Source of the DNA: Gammaproteobacteria bacterium
Lineage (GTDB): Bacteria; Pseudomonadota; Gammaproteobacteria; JABDGN01
Assembly: GCA_013285995.1 (NCBI GenBank)
Contig: JABDGN010000003.1
Location: 5,317 to 69,316 of the forward strand
Length of the DNA stretch: 64,000 bases
Direction: 5' to 3'
Shown here: piece after piece, positions 8,801-17,834 of the stretch
Numbering within the stretch: the stretch's first letter is position 1
Layout: every line of letters begins with the position of its first letter
Program-made: the position numbers and the translations under genes
The notes under the pieces: model-generated
Seen by the model: only the letters and a program-made list of their open reading frames with translations
What the model was told of the DNA's origin: nothing
Databases searched by the model: none

Positions 8801-11800
8801 CGGAGGCCGCGCCAAAGGCGAGGGAAGTTTCTAATACCGCACCGGCAGCTTGATGGGTCGTTGCCACTGCCACCGCACTGCTGGAAGGGGCATTGTCTGA
8901 GCTGGCAAAATTGCCGCTACTTCCTAAATTACTTTGTGTGGCCTTCGCCAGTGCCAGCGTGCTGCCTGGCAAGCCTGTGCCGCCGGTATTAGCCAATGCT
9001 GTTTGAGCACTCGTATAAGCTATGAAGGCAGTGCTTCTGGCTTGATTAGCAAGATCAGTCAATGCCGCAGCGGTGGCTATTTGTTCCGATGTTTGCGCGA
9101 GAATACTGGCGCTGGCAGCTGCACTGCTCGCGCGAGCAGCATCGCGCACAGCGGTACTGGCGCTTTGCAGGGCCAGAAATACATCACTCGTTGCGCCGGT
9201 ATTCATCAACACCGCTGCTGCTGTGCTGGCTCGCAATGATTCATGGGAAGTTTGTAAAGCCGTCGTACCCGCGCTGCCAAAATTAAGCGTTGGTACTACA
9301 CTTTGCAAAGTAGCCTCTGCCGTTTGCCCGGCCGCCACCGTGGGGTTGCCGGTGCTGAAGGCATTGCTTACGGTAATGACCGGCTCCATTGCAGTGGCAA
9401 GACTAGTCGCGAGCAGCGGAATTTGCGCGTGCGCGCTGGAAGCTTGCTGCACAATAGCTACACCGCTGCTCAAGCCTGGGCTTTGGCCCCCGCTAGTCGT
9501 TAATTGAGCTTGCAAACTGGTTTGGGCTTGATTTGCATCGCTTAAGAAGCTAGCGCTGCTTTGCACAATTTGTTGATTAGTGGTGTGGAGGGTCGTAGCG
9601 CTCGCGGCCATCGCCGCCGCCGAACTAATATTATTTCCCGTTCCATTAGCCCCGGTAGAACCGGCCACCGGTAGAGCGCCTCGCGTACTTACAGCCGGCG
9701 GCAACGGTATGCTGGCACTGCTGCCCGCAGCAAAACTAAGTACTGCCTGCAGAGTTTGGCTGGCAGTTAAAGCTAAATTAGCGCCACTGCTCGCATTTTG
9801 ATTTGCCAATACCAGGCTAGTGTAAGCGGTGCTGCTCGGGTGACTGCGCCCGGCATGTTGAAAAAAATAAGCGTTGGGATCGCCCGTTAATTCGCCGGTG
9901 CCCAAAGTTGCCAGCGCATTTTGCGCACTGCTATAAGCTGCTTGCGTGTTATAGAGGGCGGTAGAAAGATCGCCGCTTCGCAAAGCGTTACCCGCCGTAT
10001 TCAAATGGCTAAGCGCCGTGCTGGTATATTGATTACTGGTATCAATTTGCTGCAAGATAACTTGTTCGGTGGTAGATAAATCAGTTCCCGTGCTTTGCAA
10101 GTTAGCACTGCTTTGGGCTACGAAAGTGGCTGCTTGCTGGCTGCTTGCCAGCGCCCGTCCGGTACTGCTCAACACTTGATATTCTCTGCTGGTAGAAGCA
10201 TAGCCACCACTTGCCAGCTGGTTTTGTAAAGCCTCCCCTGTACTGTTAAGAGAGCTACCGATTTGAGTTGCCAAGGCTTTGGTACTGTCTGCCGAAGGAA
10301 TGGAATCACTACTGGTGAGTTTTAATGCGCCACTTAAACGTCCAAGGGTAGTTCCTTGTAATTCCAGGGAAATTGCAAAAGTGCTCAAGACTGTAGGTGA
10401 AATAAGACCGCTGCTGCTGCTAAGGCGCACTAAGTTAAGAGTTGCCAACAGGGACGTTACGCCACCCGTAATGGCTGCTGGTAAGGCGCTGCTACCGCTC
10501 GGGTTAACATCACTCGTGTTGTCGTTTCCATTACTGCTGCTACTGCTATGCAACATTTGTCGTAAAGTGCTGGCGGCCTGGCTGCTTTGTGCGGCAAAAG
10601 TTCCGCTCGGTACTTGACCGGTTTCTTCGGCACGCGCTGTACCCGCCAAACTATTCGCGATGGCAGTGCTTTGGTCTGCTAACGCGGAGGACGCCGCGAC
10701 GGGGACACTGCCGCCTGTGCCGGCAGATTGGGTGGCCTGGATGAGTGCGGCCTCAGTGGTTTTGATGCCACTTTGGAATTGGCTAATGCTTTGCTGAATC
10801 TCGTTGGTGACGGGGGAAGGGCCAGTGCTGCCAGTGGCCGAAAGAAACAGTTCGGGAAAAAAAGTGCTGGCGGTTTCGCTGGTGGCGGCCAGGCTTTCAG
10901 CAGCGATCCCAAGTGTAGTGGTAAAAATAGCCGTCGATAAATCTTTAGCGGAGTGTGCAGTTGCTTTAATGCTGGTACTGGTGTAGTCAGTGCTGTCAGC
11001 TTGCTCGCCAAGATCGCCGGTGAGGCGCCTACCAGCTTGTGTAGTGGGCGCACTGGCAGGAAAGGGTGATGGCGGCGGCGGTGATGGCGACGGCGGTGAT
11101 GGCGATGGGGGTGATGGCGGTGCCATACCATTGCCACTGGTTGGCGCAGCAGAAGTTGGTGCAGTATTATTGCCAGCAGCTGGCGGTGGTGGCGACGGGG
11201 GTGATGGCGGTGCCATACCATTGCCACTGTAACCTGCTTGGCTGGTTGGCGCAGCAGAAGTTGGTGCAGTATTATTGCCAGCAGCTGGCGGTGGTGGCGA
11301 TGGTGATGATGGCGGTGATGACGGCGGCGATGACGGCGGTGGACACCAATCTCCACCCCAACCTCCATGCCTGTTAACGCATTCATTGCCAATAATTGCC
11401 GCCGCTGGCAGCAGACATAGGAGCCAGCATAAATTCCACAGCTTTGGGTTACACGAGCGCGATTTCTTTTTTTGTGGAGCTGCACCCATTGTAGTTGCAG
11501 TTCCGGCGGCTCCCTTCCGGAAGTTTGCCATATAATCACGCACTTTCTGCGCCACCGTATTACCGGCGGCACTACCCATTGCAGTTGCAGTTCCCGTGGC
11601 TCCATCTGCAGTTCGCATGGCTTCATCCAGGAGCCTTACCATATGCTCACGCACTTGTTGATTCGCTACATCGGCGGCATTTGTTTGCCTAACAATAGGT
11701 TTTTTTTGCTTTAATTCTCTTTGTATATTAACCGCCCGATTCTTTGCTTGACTGGCATCCTTCAATAAAGCAGCTTTAAGCCCCTCAAGCGGGCGATAAT

Positions 11801-14060
11801 ACTCTGCTGGATAAAGTTGTTCAATTTTATCTCCTTGCATGCTAATAAAGGCCAATAGTGTATCGGCATCGGAAATATATTGCGCTGTACATTTTTCACA
11901 ACCGAGTTCTTGTAAAGTGGGAATGGCGACTCCTGTCGCCGTTTTTGTTTCTGCCAAGGTTTGTGCTAAAAGTGTTGCTGCATCAGCAGCTGTGCGTGGC
12001 GAAAGAGCAAATTGAATAGTGTGAGTTTGTTGCCAAGTCGACAATTGGCTATTTAGCCCGGCAAATTGACTGAGATACCCTTGAATATCATTGTCGATGG
12101 CCGTAAAACTCATGGGTGCAACCTTGGCCCAATTGGTTTTTTGCGTCGCAATATTCTCTGCGCTTTGTTTTATAGCCGCTGCAATCTTTTCTAGTTCTTC
12201 AAGTGGCGTGACAGCGTGCGATCCACTGGCAGCGGGACCTGCAGCATTTGCTTCGTCTGCGGGCGTTGTTCCCGCAATAGGTGGAAGCCGCACTCTGGCG
12301 AGATTTCCCCCTGCTATGGGCATTTCACCATTAGTTGGTGGGAACTGTGAATCGAGAGTAAAGCCTTCAGGGGGAAACGTTTGACCTTGGCTGGGTGCTA
12401 CGGCAGGAGATAATGCAGTGGGATCTGATATGCCCGCTGGGGTTCTGACAGTTCCTTCTTCTGGATAAATATTTTCTACTGGGGTTGGCGTTTGTGGAAA
12501 GAATTCTAGCGTTGCTGATGCAGCAGCGGGTTTAAGTACCGGACTGCGCCCATCGCCCAGATTGAGCGTCTCCCGTGGTGGCGGAGTTTGTGGAGATAAT
12601 TTGCGTGATGCTGGTACAGGAGTAGGCAAAAGCTTGGGTACTCCGCTCGGAGCTTTTTTCTCGCGCTGAGCTTTCAGAGCGAGCAATTTTTCTTGCTGTT
12701 GTTTAGTCTTGGCATACTTGCGCCAGGCTTGCGCGATAATTTTTTGTGCGGTATCTTCGTCCAATCTTCTGCCGCTAGTGTGCAGTCTCCCTGCAGCAGA
12801 GCCTGGTTGCGGAGGAAGTGTGCGGGGCGAGTTCTCTGGAGGGTTTTGTGTGGGATCTCCTTCCAATCTTCTGTTGCTAGTGTGAAATCTCCCTGCAGCA
12901 GAGCCTGGTTGCGGAGGAAGTGTACGGGGCGAGTTATTTGGAGAGTTTTGTGTGGGATCTCCTTCCAATCTTCTGTTGCTAGTGTGAAATCTACCTGCAC
13001 CAGGGTCTGATTGCTCTGATTGCAGAGGAGGTGTGCGGGGCGACTTATCTGGAGGGTTTTGTGTGAGATCCACCTCCGGTTTTTTAGTGCTAATGTGAAG
13101 TCTTGGGTTATGGCGAAGAAGACCGTCATCTAACCTGATTTCAAAGGGTTCATCGTCGACTCCTTGGGGTCGAATTTCTTTTTTTCGCCCGCTGGGGTTT
13201 TTACCCGCAGGATTTCCTGTTTTTGTGTTTCCCAGCTTGTGGGCAAATACACGAGTGGCATCCTCATCCCCGTTAGACTCTTCTCCATCCAAGGCGTTAG
13301 CTGCAGCAGCAGCAGCTTCTTCTTCTGCTTTTTTTCGCTTTGCTTCTTCTTCTGCTTTTTTTCGCTTTTCTTGCTCCTCCGCTTCGAGATTTTGCTGACG
13401 TAATTTTTCTTGCAAATTTCTTATCGTAGCCTGGCTTTTAAAGCCACCGGGTGCAGCGCCGGGATTGACTAAAGTCATAGCACCGGAGCGCAGCATTTCC
13501 CTATGAGCAGGAGGCAAATTTCCACTACGAGTGGGAATGGGGCTTGCTGGTGGGGCTCCTGAGCGTGCTACCTCCAGATAACTGGGCGCTTTTGGCGGCG
13601 GCGAAGCTGACGGAGACACATTTGGCGGTGGCGAAGGGGGTGGAGACACATTTGGTGGCGATACCGTGGGCGGCGAATCACCAGGCGAAGAATTGCTTGA
13701 GGTAGGACTCACACCACTAAGGTGAGGTGCGGCGGAACCAGACGGAATAGGAAGTGGGGCTGAAGTTGAAGTAAGTCTCTTTTTTTGTGCAGCAATATAT
13801 TCCAAAGCCCCCGCAAGATCCGGTGCGCGGGCGTTTGAGGCGTTTGGCAGTACCGCTCCAAGATCCGGTGCGGGGGCGTTTGAGTCGCTTGGCAGTACGG
13901 CGGGAGCGGGAGCAGGCTTAAGGCCAAAATGATTGCTGGGCTTGAAAATATTCCGGGTGTTACTCGGCAGTACCCGAGTTGGCTGTGTGCTACTCGGCGG
14001 TACCCGAGGCCGTACCTGAACCCCGGGGTCTGGACCAACTCTGCCGCCACGATCTAACAT
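5826..14060 (-). CDS. giant low-complexity protein (2744 aa): Pro-rich/charged N-terminus, one hydrophobic segment, long Ala/Ser/Thr/Gly-rich region
   Basis: 8.2 kb uninterrupted ORF with GGGA RBS and in-frame internal repeats. Confidence 0.85.
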   Translation of the reverse strand: MLDRGGRVGPDPGVQVRPRVPPSSTQPTRVLPSNTRNIFKPSNHFGLKPAPAPAVLPSDSNAPAPDLGAVLPNASNARAPDLAGALEYIAAQKKRLTSTSAPLPIPSGSAAPHLSGVSPTSSNSSPGDSPPTVSPPNVSPPPSPPPNVSPSASPPPKAPSYLEVARSGAPPASPIPTRSGNLPPAHREMLRSGAMTLVNPGAAPGGFKSQATIRNLQEKLRQQNLEAEEQEKRKKAEEEAKRKKAEEEAAAAAANALDGEESNGDEDATRVFAHKLGNTKTGNPAGKNPSGRKKEIRPQGVDDEPFEIRLDDGLLRHNPRLHISTKKPEVDLTQNPPDKSPRTPPLQSEQSDPGAGRFHTSNRRLEGDPTQNSPNNSPRTLPPQPGSAAGRFHTSNRRLEGDPTQNPPENSPRTLPPQPGSAAGRLHTSGRRLDEDTAQKIIAQAWRKYAKTKQQQEKLLALKAQREKKAPSGVPKLLPTPVPASRKLSPQTPPPRETLNLGDGRSPVLKPAAASATLEFFPQTPTPVENIYPEEGTVRTPAGISDPTALSPAVAPSQGQTFPPEGFTLDSQFPPTNGEMPIAGGNLARVRLPPIAGTTPADEANAAGPAASGSHAVTPLEELEKIAAAIKQSAENIATQKTNWAKVAPMSFTAIDNDIQGYLSQFAGLNSQLSTWQQTHTIQFALSPRTAADAATLLAQTLAETKTATGVAIPTLQELGCEKCTAQYISDADTLLAFISMQGDKIEQLYPAEYYRPLEGLKAALLKDASQAKNRAVNIQRELKQKKPIVRQTNAADVANQQVREHMVRLLDEAMRTADGATGTATAMGSAAGNTVAQKVRDYMANFRKGAAGTATTMGAAPQKKKSRSCNPKLWNLCWLLCLLPAAAIIGNECVNRHGGWGGDWCPPPSSPPSSPPSSPSPPPPAAGNNTAPTSAAPTSQAGYSGNGMAPPSPPSPPPPAAGNNTAPTSAAPTSGNGMAPPSPPSPSPPSPSPPPPSPFPASAPTTQAGRRLTGDLGEQADSTDYTSTSIKATAHSAKDLSTAIFTTTLGIAAESLAATSETASTFFPELFLSATGSTGPSPVTNEIQQSISQFQSGIKTTEAALIQATQSAGTGGSVPVAASSALADQSTAIANSLAGTARAEETGQVPSGTFAAQSSQAASTLRQMLHSSSSSNGNDNTSDVNPSGSSALPAAITGGVTSLLATLNLVRLSSSSGLISPTVLSTFAISLELQGTTLGRLSGALKLTSSDSIPSADSTKALATQIGSSLNSTGEALQNQLASGGYASTSREYQVLSSTGRALASSQQAATFVAQSSANLQSTGTDLSTTEQVILQQIDTSNQYTSTALSHLNTAGNALRSGDLSTALYNTQAAYSSAQNALATLGTGELTGDPNAYFFQHAGRSHPSSTAYTSLVLANQNASSGANLALTASQTLQAVLSFAAGSSASIPLPPAVSTRGALPVAGSTGANGTGNNISSAAAMAASATTLHTTNQQIVQSSASFLSDANQAQTSLQAQLTTSGGQSPGLSSGVAIVQQASSAHAQIPLLATSLATAMEPVITVSNAFSTGNPTVAAGQTAEATLQSVVPTLNFGSAGTTALQTSHESLRASTAAAVLMNTGATSDVFLALQSASTAVRDAARASSAAASASILAQTSEQIATAAALTDLANQARSTAFIAYTSAQTALANTGGTGLPGSTLALAKATQSNLGSSGNFASSDNAPSSSAVAVATTHQAAGAVLETSLAFGAASGVGGSTFAHEASSAASQASSASSAGVDALSSSFAQNPYDATTIANTASSAAGVAGAVSTAATANQVSSEMIASTAQNIEQNSVSTQSVITNILSSTGKSASTGNLPAAALSSALATSAGAAQSSRAIQVAAGSSSALAAHVASYSTGVFDSSGPVLVRTGNTGAPPTGSSGLVLARSGSTSGRGTPNLSTEQLVTGLATLQRTSQANRFVASTNTALSLADVSTGASATVASQVASSAGSLGSSEGVVSPGSSGSSGVPISTLQPLTWTALVTGFRSYASSLALQPSGSTQQIVAVQTAAATGSAWLAASSASISFALAASSGTSGAGSSEVGSSAVGNLGPAGSTGPAAVSSDAVGVPAAGSSGPAGSTGPAAVSSDAAGAPAAGSSGPVGSTGPGVVSTEMVQNAIQSTGAMINNAGTSLQLARMSVSTGGSGTTGGLGPRQSTAANNVFSTSQALLQSSQSAIGAASSGVNLAQQSSAGGVAATGSSKGDSTAALISSTTQSIMPIQSAVSTLPVLSEHLARSSGATQGTGVLNSTQKAVATAAIQSTAATGLAVASSAMATGLASSTITGNAVSTGKSADTAVTTVKMELSSGNYAAGSTAEQGLNNAQVTSEQVGAGSTQVAALGSSLGAVMSSLGQQSTAIAAGVLEFGSSNNIAVDSTGAGTTAAIRAAGSTLGTMPAQVSAVSTLNTKLNEVQTSFSLSGQSASDSAQSIQATTTALSSGDVGLVQQAITTAQAAGSTAYQAVMGVVSTLFGSATAGAAPTSGPVVPVSTAPLPAASTQPIGGGTTVVQQIASSLGSLQSSAYHAATSAMQATSSAYAYATSAFNELTSAAAGWATVGSSDSASSSRTIRTSGGTRSTGSLGAICPSNISAPNLGGIALPPNNRALAPGNWCAFLNAYVNNFTANGLIGCINMDTVYTHIGILGPQQNNPNALFNFKGMVNTKLDNTKGTNITAIGDNATAPVLAFWWPFASIYCQSLLSTTS
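7603..7790 (-). repeat. in-frame 72-bp tandem repeat (~2.5 copies)
   Basis: GPAGSTGPAAVSSDA(V/A)G(V/A)PAAGSS repeated. Confidence 0.85.
11065..11340 (-). repeat. in-frame Pro/Ser repeats and duplicated PPPAAGNNTAPTSAAPTS..GNGMAPPSP unit
   Basis: Near-identical nucleotide duplication visible at 11108-11300. Confidence 0.85.
12760..13070 (-). repeat. in-frame ~102-bp tandem repeat (~3 copies)
   Basis: GRFHTSNRRLEGDPTQN.P.NSPRTLPPQPGSAA repeated. Confidence 0.85.
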
Positions 14061-14240
14061 AGACTGTCCCTACTAATTGATACAGCAAATATGCCACGCC
14101 TAGCCATAAATGGCAACCGGCTTAAAGAAAAAACTTTAGCATCCCTGCTGTTGAGAGTTTGCGCTCAATATCCCACCCATCTCCTGAATCGTTCAATAAA
14201 ACTGGAAAACCTAAATGGAATAACTATATACTCGCCTTTT

Positions 14241-15107
14241 ATGATGACCCTCAACGACATCCTGCAATGGGGCGCCAGCCGCTTCGAAACAGCTAACTTA
14301 TATTTTGGCCATGGCACCGATAATGCCTGGGATGAAGCCGTGTGGCTGGCTTCGCACATTTTGAATTTGCCGCCCGATGCCGATCGCAAGTTATTAACCC
14401 GTGAACTCAGCCTGTATGAAATGACGGCAATTCGTAATTTATATGGCAAGCGTATTGCCACGCGCAAACCGGCTGCGTATTTAGTAAACGAAGCTTGGTT
14501 TGCCGGCCAAAAATTTTATGTGGATGAACGCGTGATTGTGCCGCGCTCTCCCATTGCTGAATTAATCGCAGCACACTTTAAACCTTGGATTAAACTCTCG
14601 CAAGTCAAAAATATTTTGGATTTATGCACCGGTAGCGCCTGTATTGCGATTGCTTGCGCTAAACAATTTCCCAACGCACAGGTTGATGCGAGTGATATTT
14701 CGGAAGCTGCTTTAGAGGTTGCAAAGATCAATGTGGAAAAACATTCTTCATCGGTTCATTTATATCAATCCGATTTATTCAAAGCCTTGCCCATTAAAAA
14801 ATATGACATCATCATTTCTAATCCGCCTTATGTTGATGCTGAAGATATGGCCGCTTTACCGCAAGAATATAACGCCGAACCGCGTTTAGCCTTGGCGGCT
14901 GGCAAAGATGGCTTGCGTTTAGTTGATAAAATTTTAAAACAAGCCAAAAATTATTTAAGTGATGAGGGCATTTTGATTGTAGAAGTCGGCAATAGTGAAG
15001 CAGCTTTAGTTGCAAAATATTCGCAGGTCTCTTTCGTTTGGCTGGAATTTAAGCAAGGAGGGCAGGGGGTGTTTTTGTTAAAGGCTGAGGACTTAAAAAA
15101 TTTTTAA
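14241..15107 (+). CDS. prmB: ribosomal protein L3 N5-glutamine methyltransferase
   Basis: YFGHGTDNAWDEA, FYVDERVIVPRSPIAELI, LDLCTGS, SNPPYV; start likely ATG 14241. Confidence 0.95.
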   Translation: MMTLNDILQWGASRFETANLYFGHGTDNAWDEAVWLASHILNLPPDADRKLLTRELSLYEMTAIRNLYGKRIATRKPAAYLVNEAWFAGQKFYVDERVIVPRSPIAELIAAHFKPWIKLSQVKNILDLCTGSACIAIACAKQFPNAQVDASDISEAALEVAKINVEKHSSSVHLYQSDLFKALPIKKYDIIISNPPYVDAEDMAALPQEYNAEPRLALAAGKDGLRLVDKILKQAKNYLSDEGILIVEVGNSEAALVAKYSQVSFVWLEFKQGGQGVFLLKAEDLKNF

Positions 15108-15171
15108 TCGTCTATAATCTCAATGTAGGGGCGGCTCGCGAGCCGCCCGTTATTTTAAAAGAGTATTTCCA

Positions 15172-16257
15172 ATGACAAAAAAAACTACTGTCGCCGTCTT
15201 GTATGGTGGCGTTTCCGGCGAACATGAAGTATCGATTATTTCAGCCAGTTCCGTTATCAAGCACATCGATCGCAAAAAATATTCCATTATTCCGATTGGC
15301 ATCGATAAAAAGGGCCGTTGGCACCGTAATGAATTAGCCAACGTTGATCCTTTAGAAGGCGAAAAATTGGTAGTACAAGGGAAGGGTGCCAAACCTTTTT
15401 CACTGGATTATTTTTTTCACACGCCGCATGAGATCGAGGTGGTATTTCCCGTTTTACATGGCACTAATGGTGAAGATGGCACCATGCAAGGGTTTTTAGA
15501 ATTAGCCAATGTTGCTTATGTGGGCGCGGGTGTGCTCTCTTCGAGCTTGGGGATGGATAAAGATGTCACCAAACGGTTAGCATTACAAGCTGGTATAAAA
15601 GTGACGCCTTATTGGGCTTTTACAGTAGGTGAATGGCAGCGCCATGCCGATGCGATCCTCGAGAAAATCGAACAAAAATTAACTTACCCCATGTTTGCCA
15701 AGCCAGCCAATACCGGTTCCAGCGTGGGAATTACCAAAGTTAAAAAACCCGCTGAATTGCGCGCAGCGATCGACAATGCTTTTTTATATGATAGCAAAGC
15801 GATCGTGGAACAAGGTTTGCGAGTCAGGGAAGTTGAATTGGCGGTGCTGGAAAATCCACTGCACGGTGAAAAACCTTTAGTGAGCGTACCGGGTGAAATT
15901 ATTACCAGCCACGAATTTTATACCTATGAAGCAAAATATTTAGATGAAAAAAGTTTGCAACTGATTATTCCCGCGCAGGTTTCTGACAGCCATTTAAAAG
16001 AATTGCAACGCATCGCCAGTACGGTATTTGAGTTATTAGAATGTCGTGGTATGGCACGGGTGGATTGTTTTATCGACAAAGATACCGATGCCGTAGTGTT
16101 CAATGAAATCAATACCATTCCTGGCTTCACGCACGTCAGCATGTATCCAATGATGTGGCAAAAAAGCGGTAAAGCTTATCCGGAGTTACTCGATAATTTG
16201 TTGCAATTGGCAATTGCACGGCAGGATAGAAAGCTGAAGCTAAAGCGGTCGCCGTAG
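15172..16257 (+). CDS. ddl: D-alanine--D-alanine ligase (DdlA type)
   Basis: GGVSGEHEVS, FPVLHGTNGEDGTMQG, KPANTGSSVG, NEINTIPGFT. Confidence 0.95.
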   Translation: MTKKTTVAVLYGGVSGEHEVSIISASSVIKHIDRKKYSIIPIGIDKKGRWHRNELANVDPLEGEKLVVQGKGAKPFSLDYFFHTPHEIEVVFPVLHGTNGEDGTMQGFLELANVAYVGAGVLSSSLGMDKDVTKRLALQAGIKVTPYWAFTVGEWQRHADAILEKIEQKLTYPMFAKPANTGSSVGITKVKKPAELRAAIDNAFLYDSKAIVEQGLRVREVELAVLENPLHGEKPLVSVPGEIITSHEFYTYEAKYLDEKSLQLIIPAQVSDSHLKELQRIASTVFELLECRGMARVDCFIDKDTDAVVFNEINTIPGFTHVSMYPMMWQKSGKAYPELLDNLLQLAIARQDRKLKLKRSP

Positions 16258-16258
16258 A

Positions 16259-16343
16259 AAATCCCCCTTAGTCCCCCTTTTTCAAAGGGGGAAATCAAAA
16301 CAGCAGAATCCCCCCTTTGAAAAAGGGGGGCAGGGGGGATTTC
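16259..16343. repeat. CCCCCTTT/AAAGGGGG palindromic doublet between convergent genes
   Basis: AAATCCCCCTTAGTCCCCCTTTTTCAAAGGGGG...CCCCCTTTGAAAAAGGGGGGCAGGGGGATTT. Confidence 0.85.
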
Positions 16344-16968
16344 AAGCGTTCAACAACATCTCTTTCATTTGCGCTTTAATCACATCGATCGCAATGCGAT
16401 TTTTACCGCCATGCGGCACGATAATGTCAGCATAACGTTTGCAGGGTTCAATAAATTGTTGGTACATAGGCCGCACCGTGTTTTCATATTGTTCTAACAC
16501 GGAATCTAAATCGCGACCCCGTTCTTTCACATCGCGCTTTAAACGCCGCAACAAGCACATATCGAGCGGGGTATCCATAAAAATACCGATGTCTAACAGT
16601 TCGCGTACTTTTGCTTCCACCAATAACAAAATGCCTTCTAACACGATAATCGCATGCTGCCCAATTTCACGGGTTTTATCGCTGCGTGTGTGTAAGCTGT
16701 AATCATAAACCGGCACTTGCACATTGCGGCCACCTTGCAATTGCTGCAATTGTTGACACAGTAATTCATGATCAAACGCATCGGGGTGGTCGTAATTGAT
16801 TTTTTGCCGTTGTTCTAAGGATAAATGTGAACGGTCTTTGTAATAAGAATCTTCCGAAATAATGACGACTTGATTAGAGCCTAACTCTTCCACAATGGTA
16901 CGGGCTAATAAACTTTTACCGGAGGCGGAAGGTCCGGCGATACCAATGATGATAGGTTGTTTATGCAT
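16342..16968 (-). CDS. udk: uridine kinase
   Basis: [49 protein letters not shown]. Confidence 0.96.
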   Translation of the reverse strand: MHKQPIIIGIAGPSASGKSLLARTIVEELGSNQVVIISEDSYYKDRSHLSLEQRQKINYDHPDAFDHELLCQQLQQLQGGRNVQVPVYDYSLHTRSDKTREIGQHAIIVLEGILLLVEAKVRELLDIGIFMDTPLDMCLLRRLKRDVKERGRDLDSVLEQYENTVRPMYQQFIEPCKRYADIIVPHGGKNRIAIDVIKAQMKEMLLNA

Positions 16969-17002
16969 TTAAGTTCCTTGTTTTTGATTTATGACATCAG
17001 AT

Positions 17003-17052
17003 GTAGGGGCGGCTCGTGAGCCGCCCGCGGGCCGGTCACGACCGGCCCCTAC
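17003..17052. repeat. GTAG-type REP doublet (family A)
   Basis: GTAGGGGCGGCTCGTGAGCCGCCC...GGCCCCTAC; other copies at 524, 15125, 38990-39042, 47687-47736, 53266-53315. Confidence 0.85.
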
Positions 17053-17085
17053 AGGAAGTACTTAACAGAGCGATTATAGCGTAAA

Positions 17086-17622
17086 TTATTCTTTTTCGCT
17101 CGCGATATTACGTAATAAAACCTGCACCGACCCCGCCCCACCATCCTTCGGCATGGCTGAATAAAAGGCTAATACATCTTTTAGCTCGCGCAACCATTGA
17201 TTAACAAAGTTTTTCAAAGTAGGATTATTATTTTCCGAGCGATGCCCTTTGCCATGAATAATCCGTATCACGCGATAATGTTTCGCCTGGCACTCCTGCA
17301 CAAATTTTTCTAAGGTTTGTTCTGCTTGCGCCAGTGTCAAACCATGCAAATCACATTCCGCTGCGCAAATTAAATTCCCTTTTTGCAAGTTACGCAATTG
17401 TCGCGGTTGTACTCCGGCACGCGAGAAATTTAATAAGCTATCGCTTTGTACGGGTTCTGTTCTTGGTACATTAAAATCTTTTGCAATGACGGACATTTCA
17501 GGAATCAGTTTGGGTTTACGTTTGATGCGCTTACGTGGTGTGATGATTTTATCGTGCGCAATGGGCTGCACCTTGCCGATGGAGTCACGAAATAATTGTG
17601 AAGGTTCTGTAGAATGTTTCAT
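17086..17622 (-). CDS. Smr/MutS-C domain endonuclease
   Basis: DLHGLT, IIHGKG, LKNFVNQWL, DGGAG. Confidence 0.92.
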   Translation of the reverse strand: MKHSTEPSQLFRDSIGKVQPIAHDKIITPRKRIKRKPKLIPEMSVIAKDFNVPRTEPVQSDSLLNFSRAGVQPRQLRNLQKGNLICAAECDLHGLTLAQAEQTLEKFVQECQAKHYRVIRIIHGKGHRSENNNPTLKNFVNQWLRELKDVLAFYSAMPKDGGAGSVQVLLRNIASEKE

Positions 17623-17704
17623 GAATGGCCATTATATGATAGTTAACAAAAATTATAGCACGCGCAATTTTTAGCGCACAAACAATAATTTTTTATGCCG
17701 AAGC

Positions 17705-17720
17705 TTAAGGAAATATTAAG
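17705..17720 (-). promoter_or_regulatory. PmrA-type direct-repeat box
   Basis: Minus strand CTTAA-TA-TT-TC-CTTAA matches cTTAA-N2-TT-N2-cTTAA. Confidence 0.55.
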
Positions 17721-17834
17721 GGATTAATGAAGATTTACGTGAATCATTATAATTTTTTTTTAAAAGCAACATTTTTTCTAAAAATTTGTTAGGATCGCAG
17801 AAAAGCTGCTAAATAATTTTAATGAGAACATTTT

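Noticed and set aside
6025..14050. many short ORFs overlapping the giant gene, including the 315-aa His/Arg-rich ORF 10679-11626
   Set aside because: Antisense or alternate-frame shadows of a GC-rich repetitive gene
14120..14140. PmrA box upstream of the giant gene
   Set aside because: CTTAAAGAAAAAACTTTAG has the wrong spacing and several mismatches
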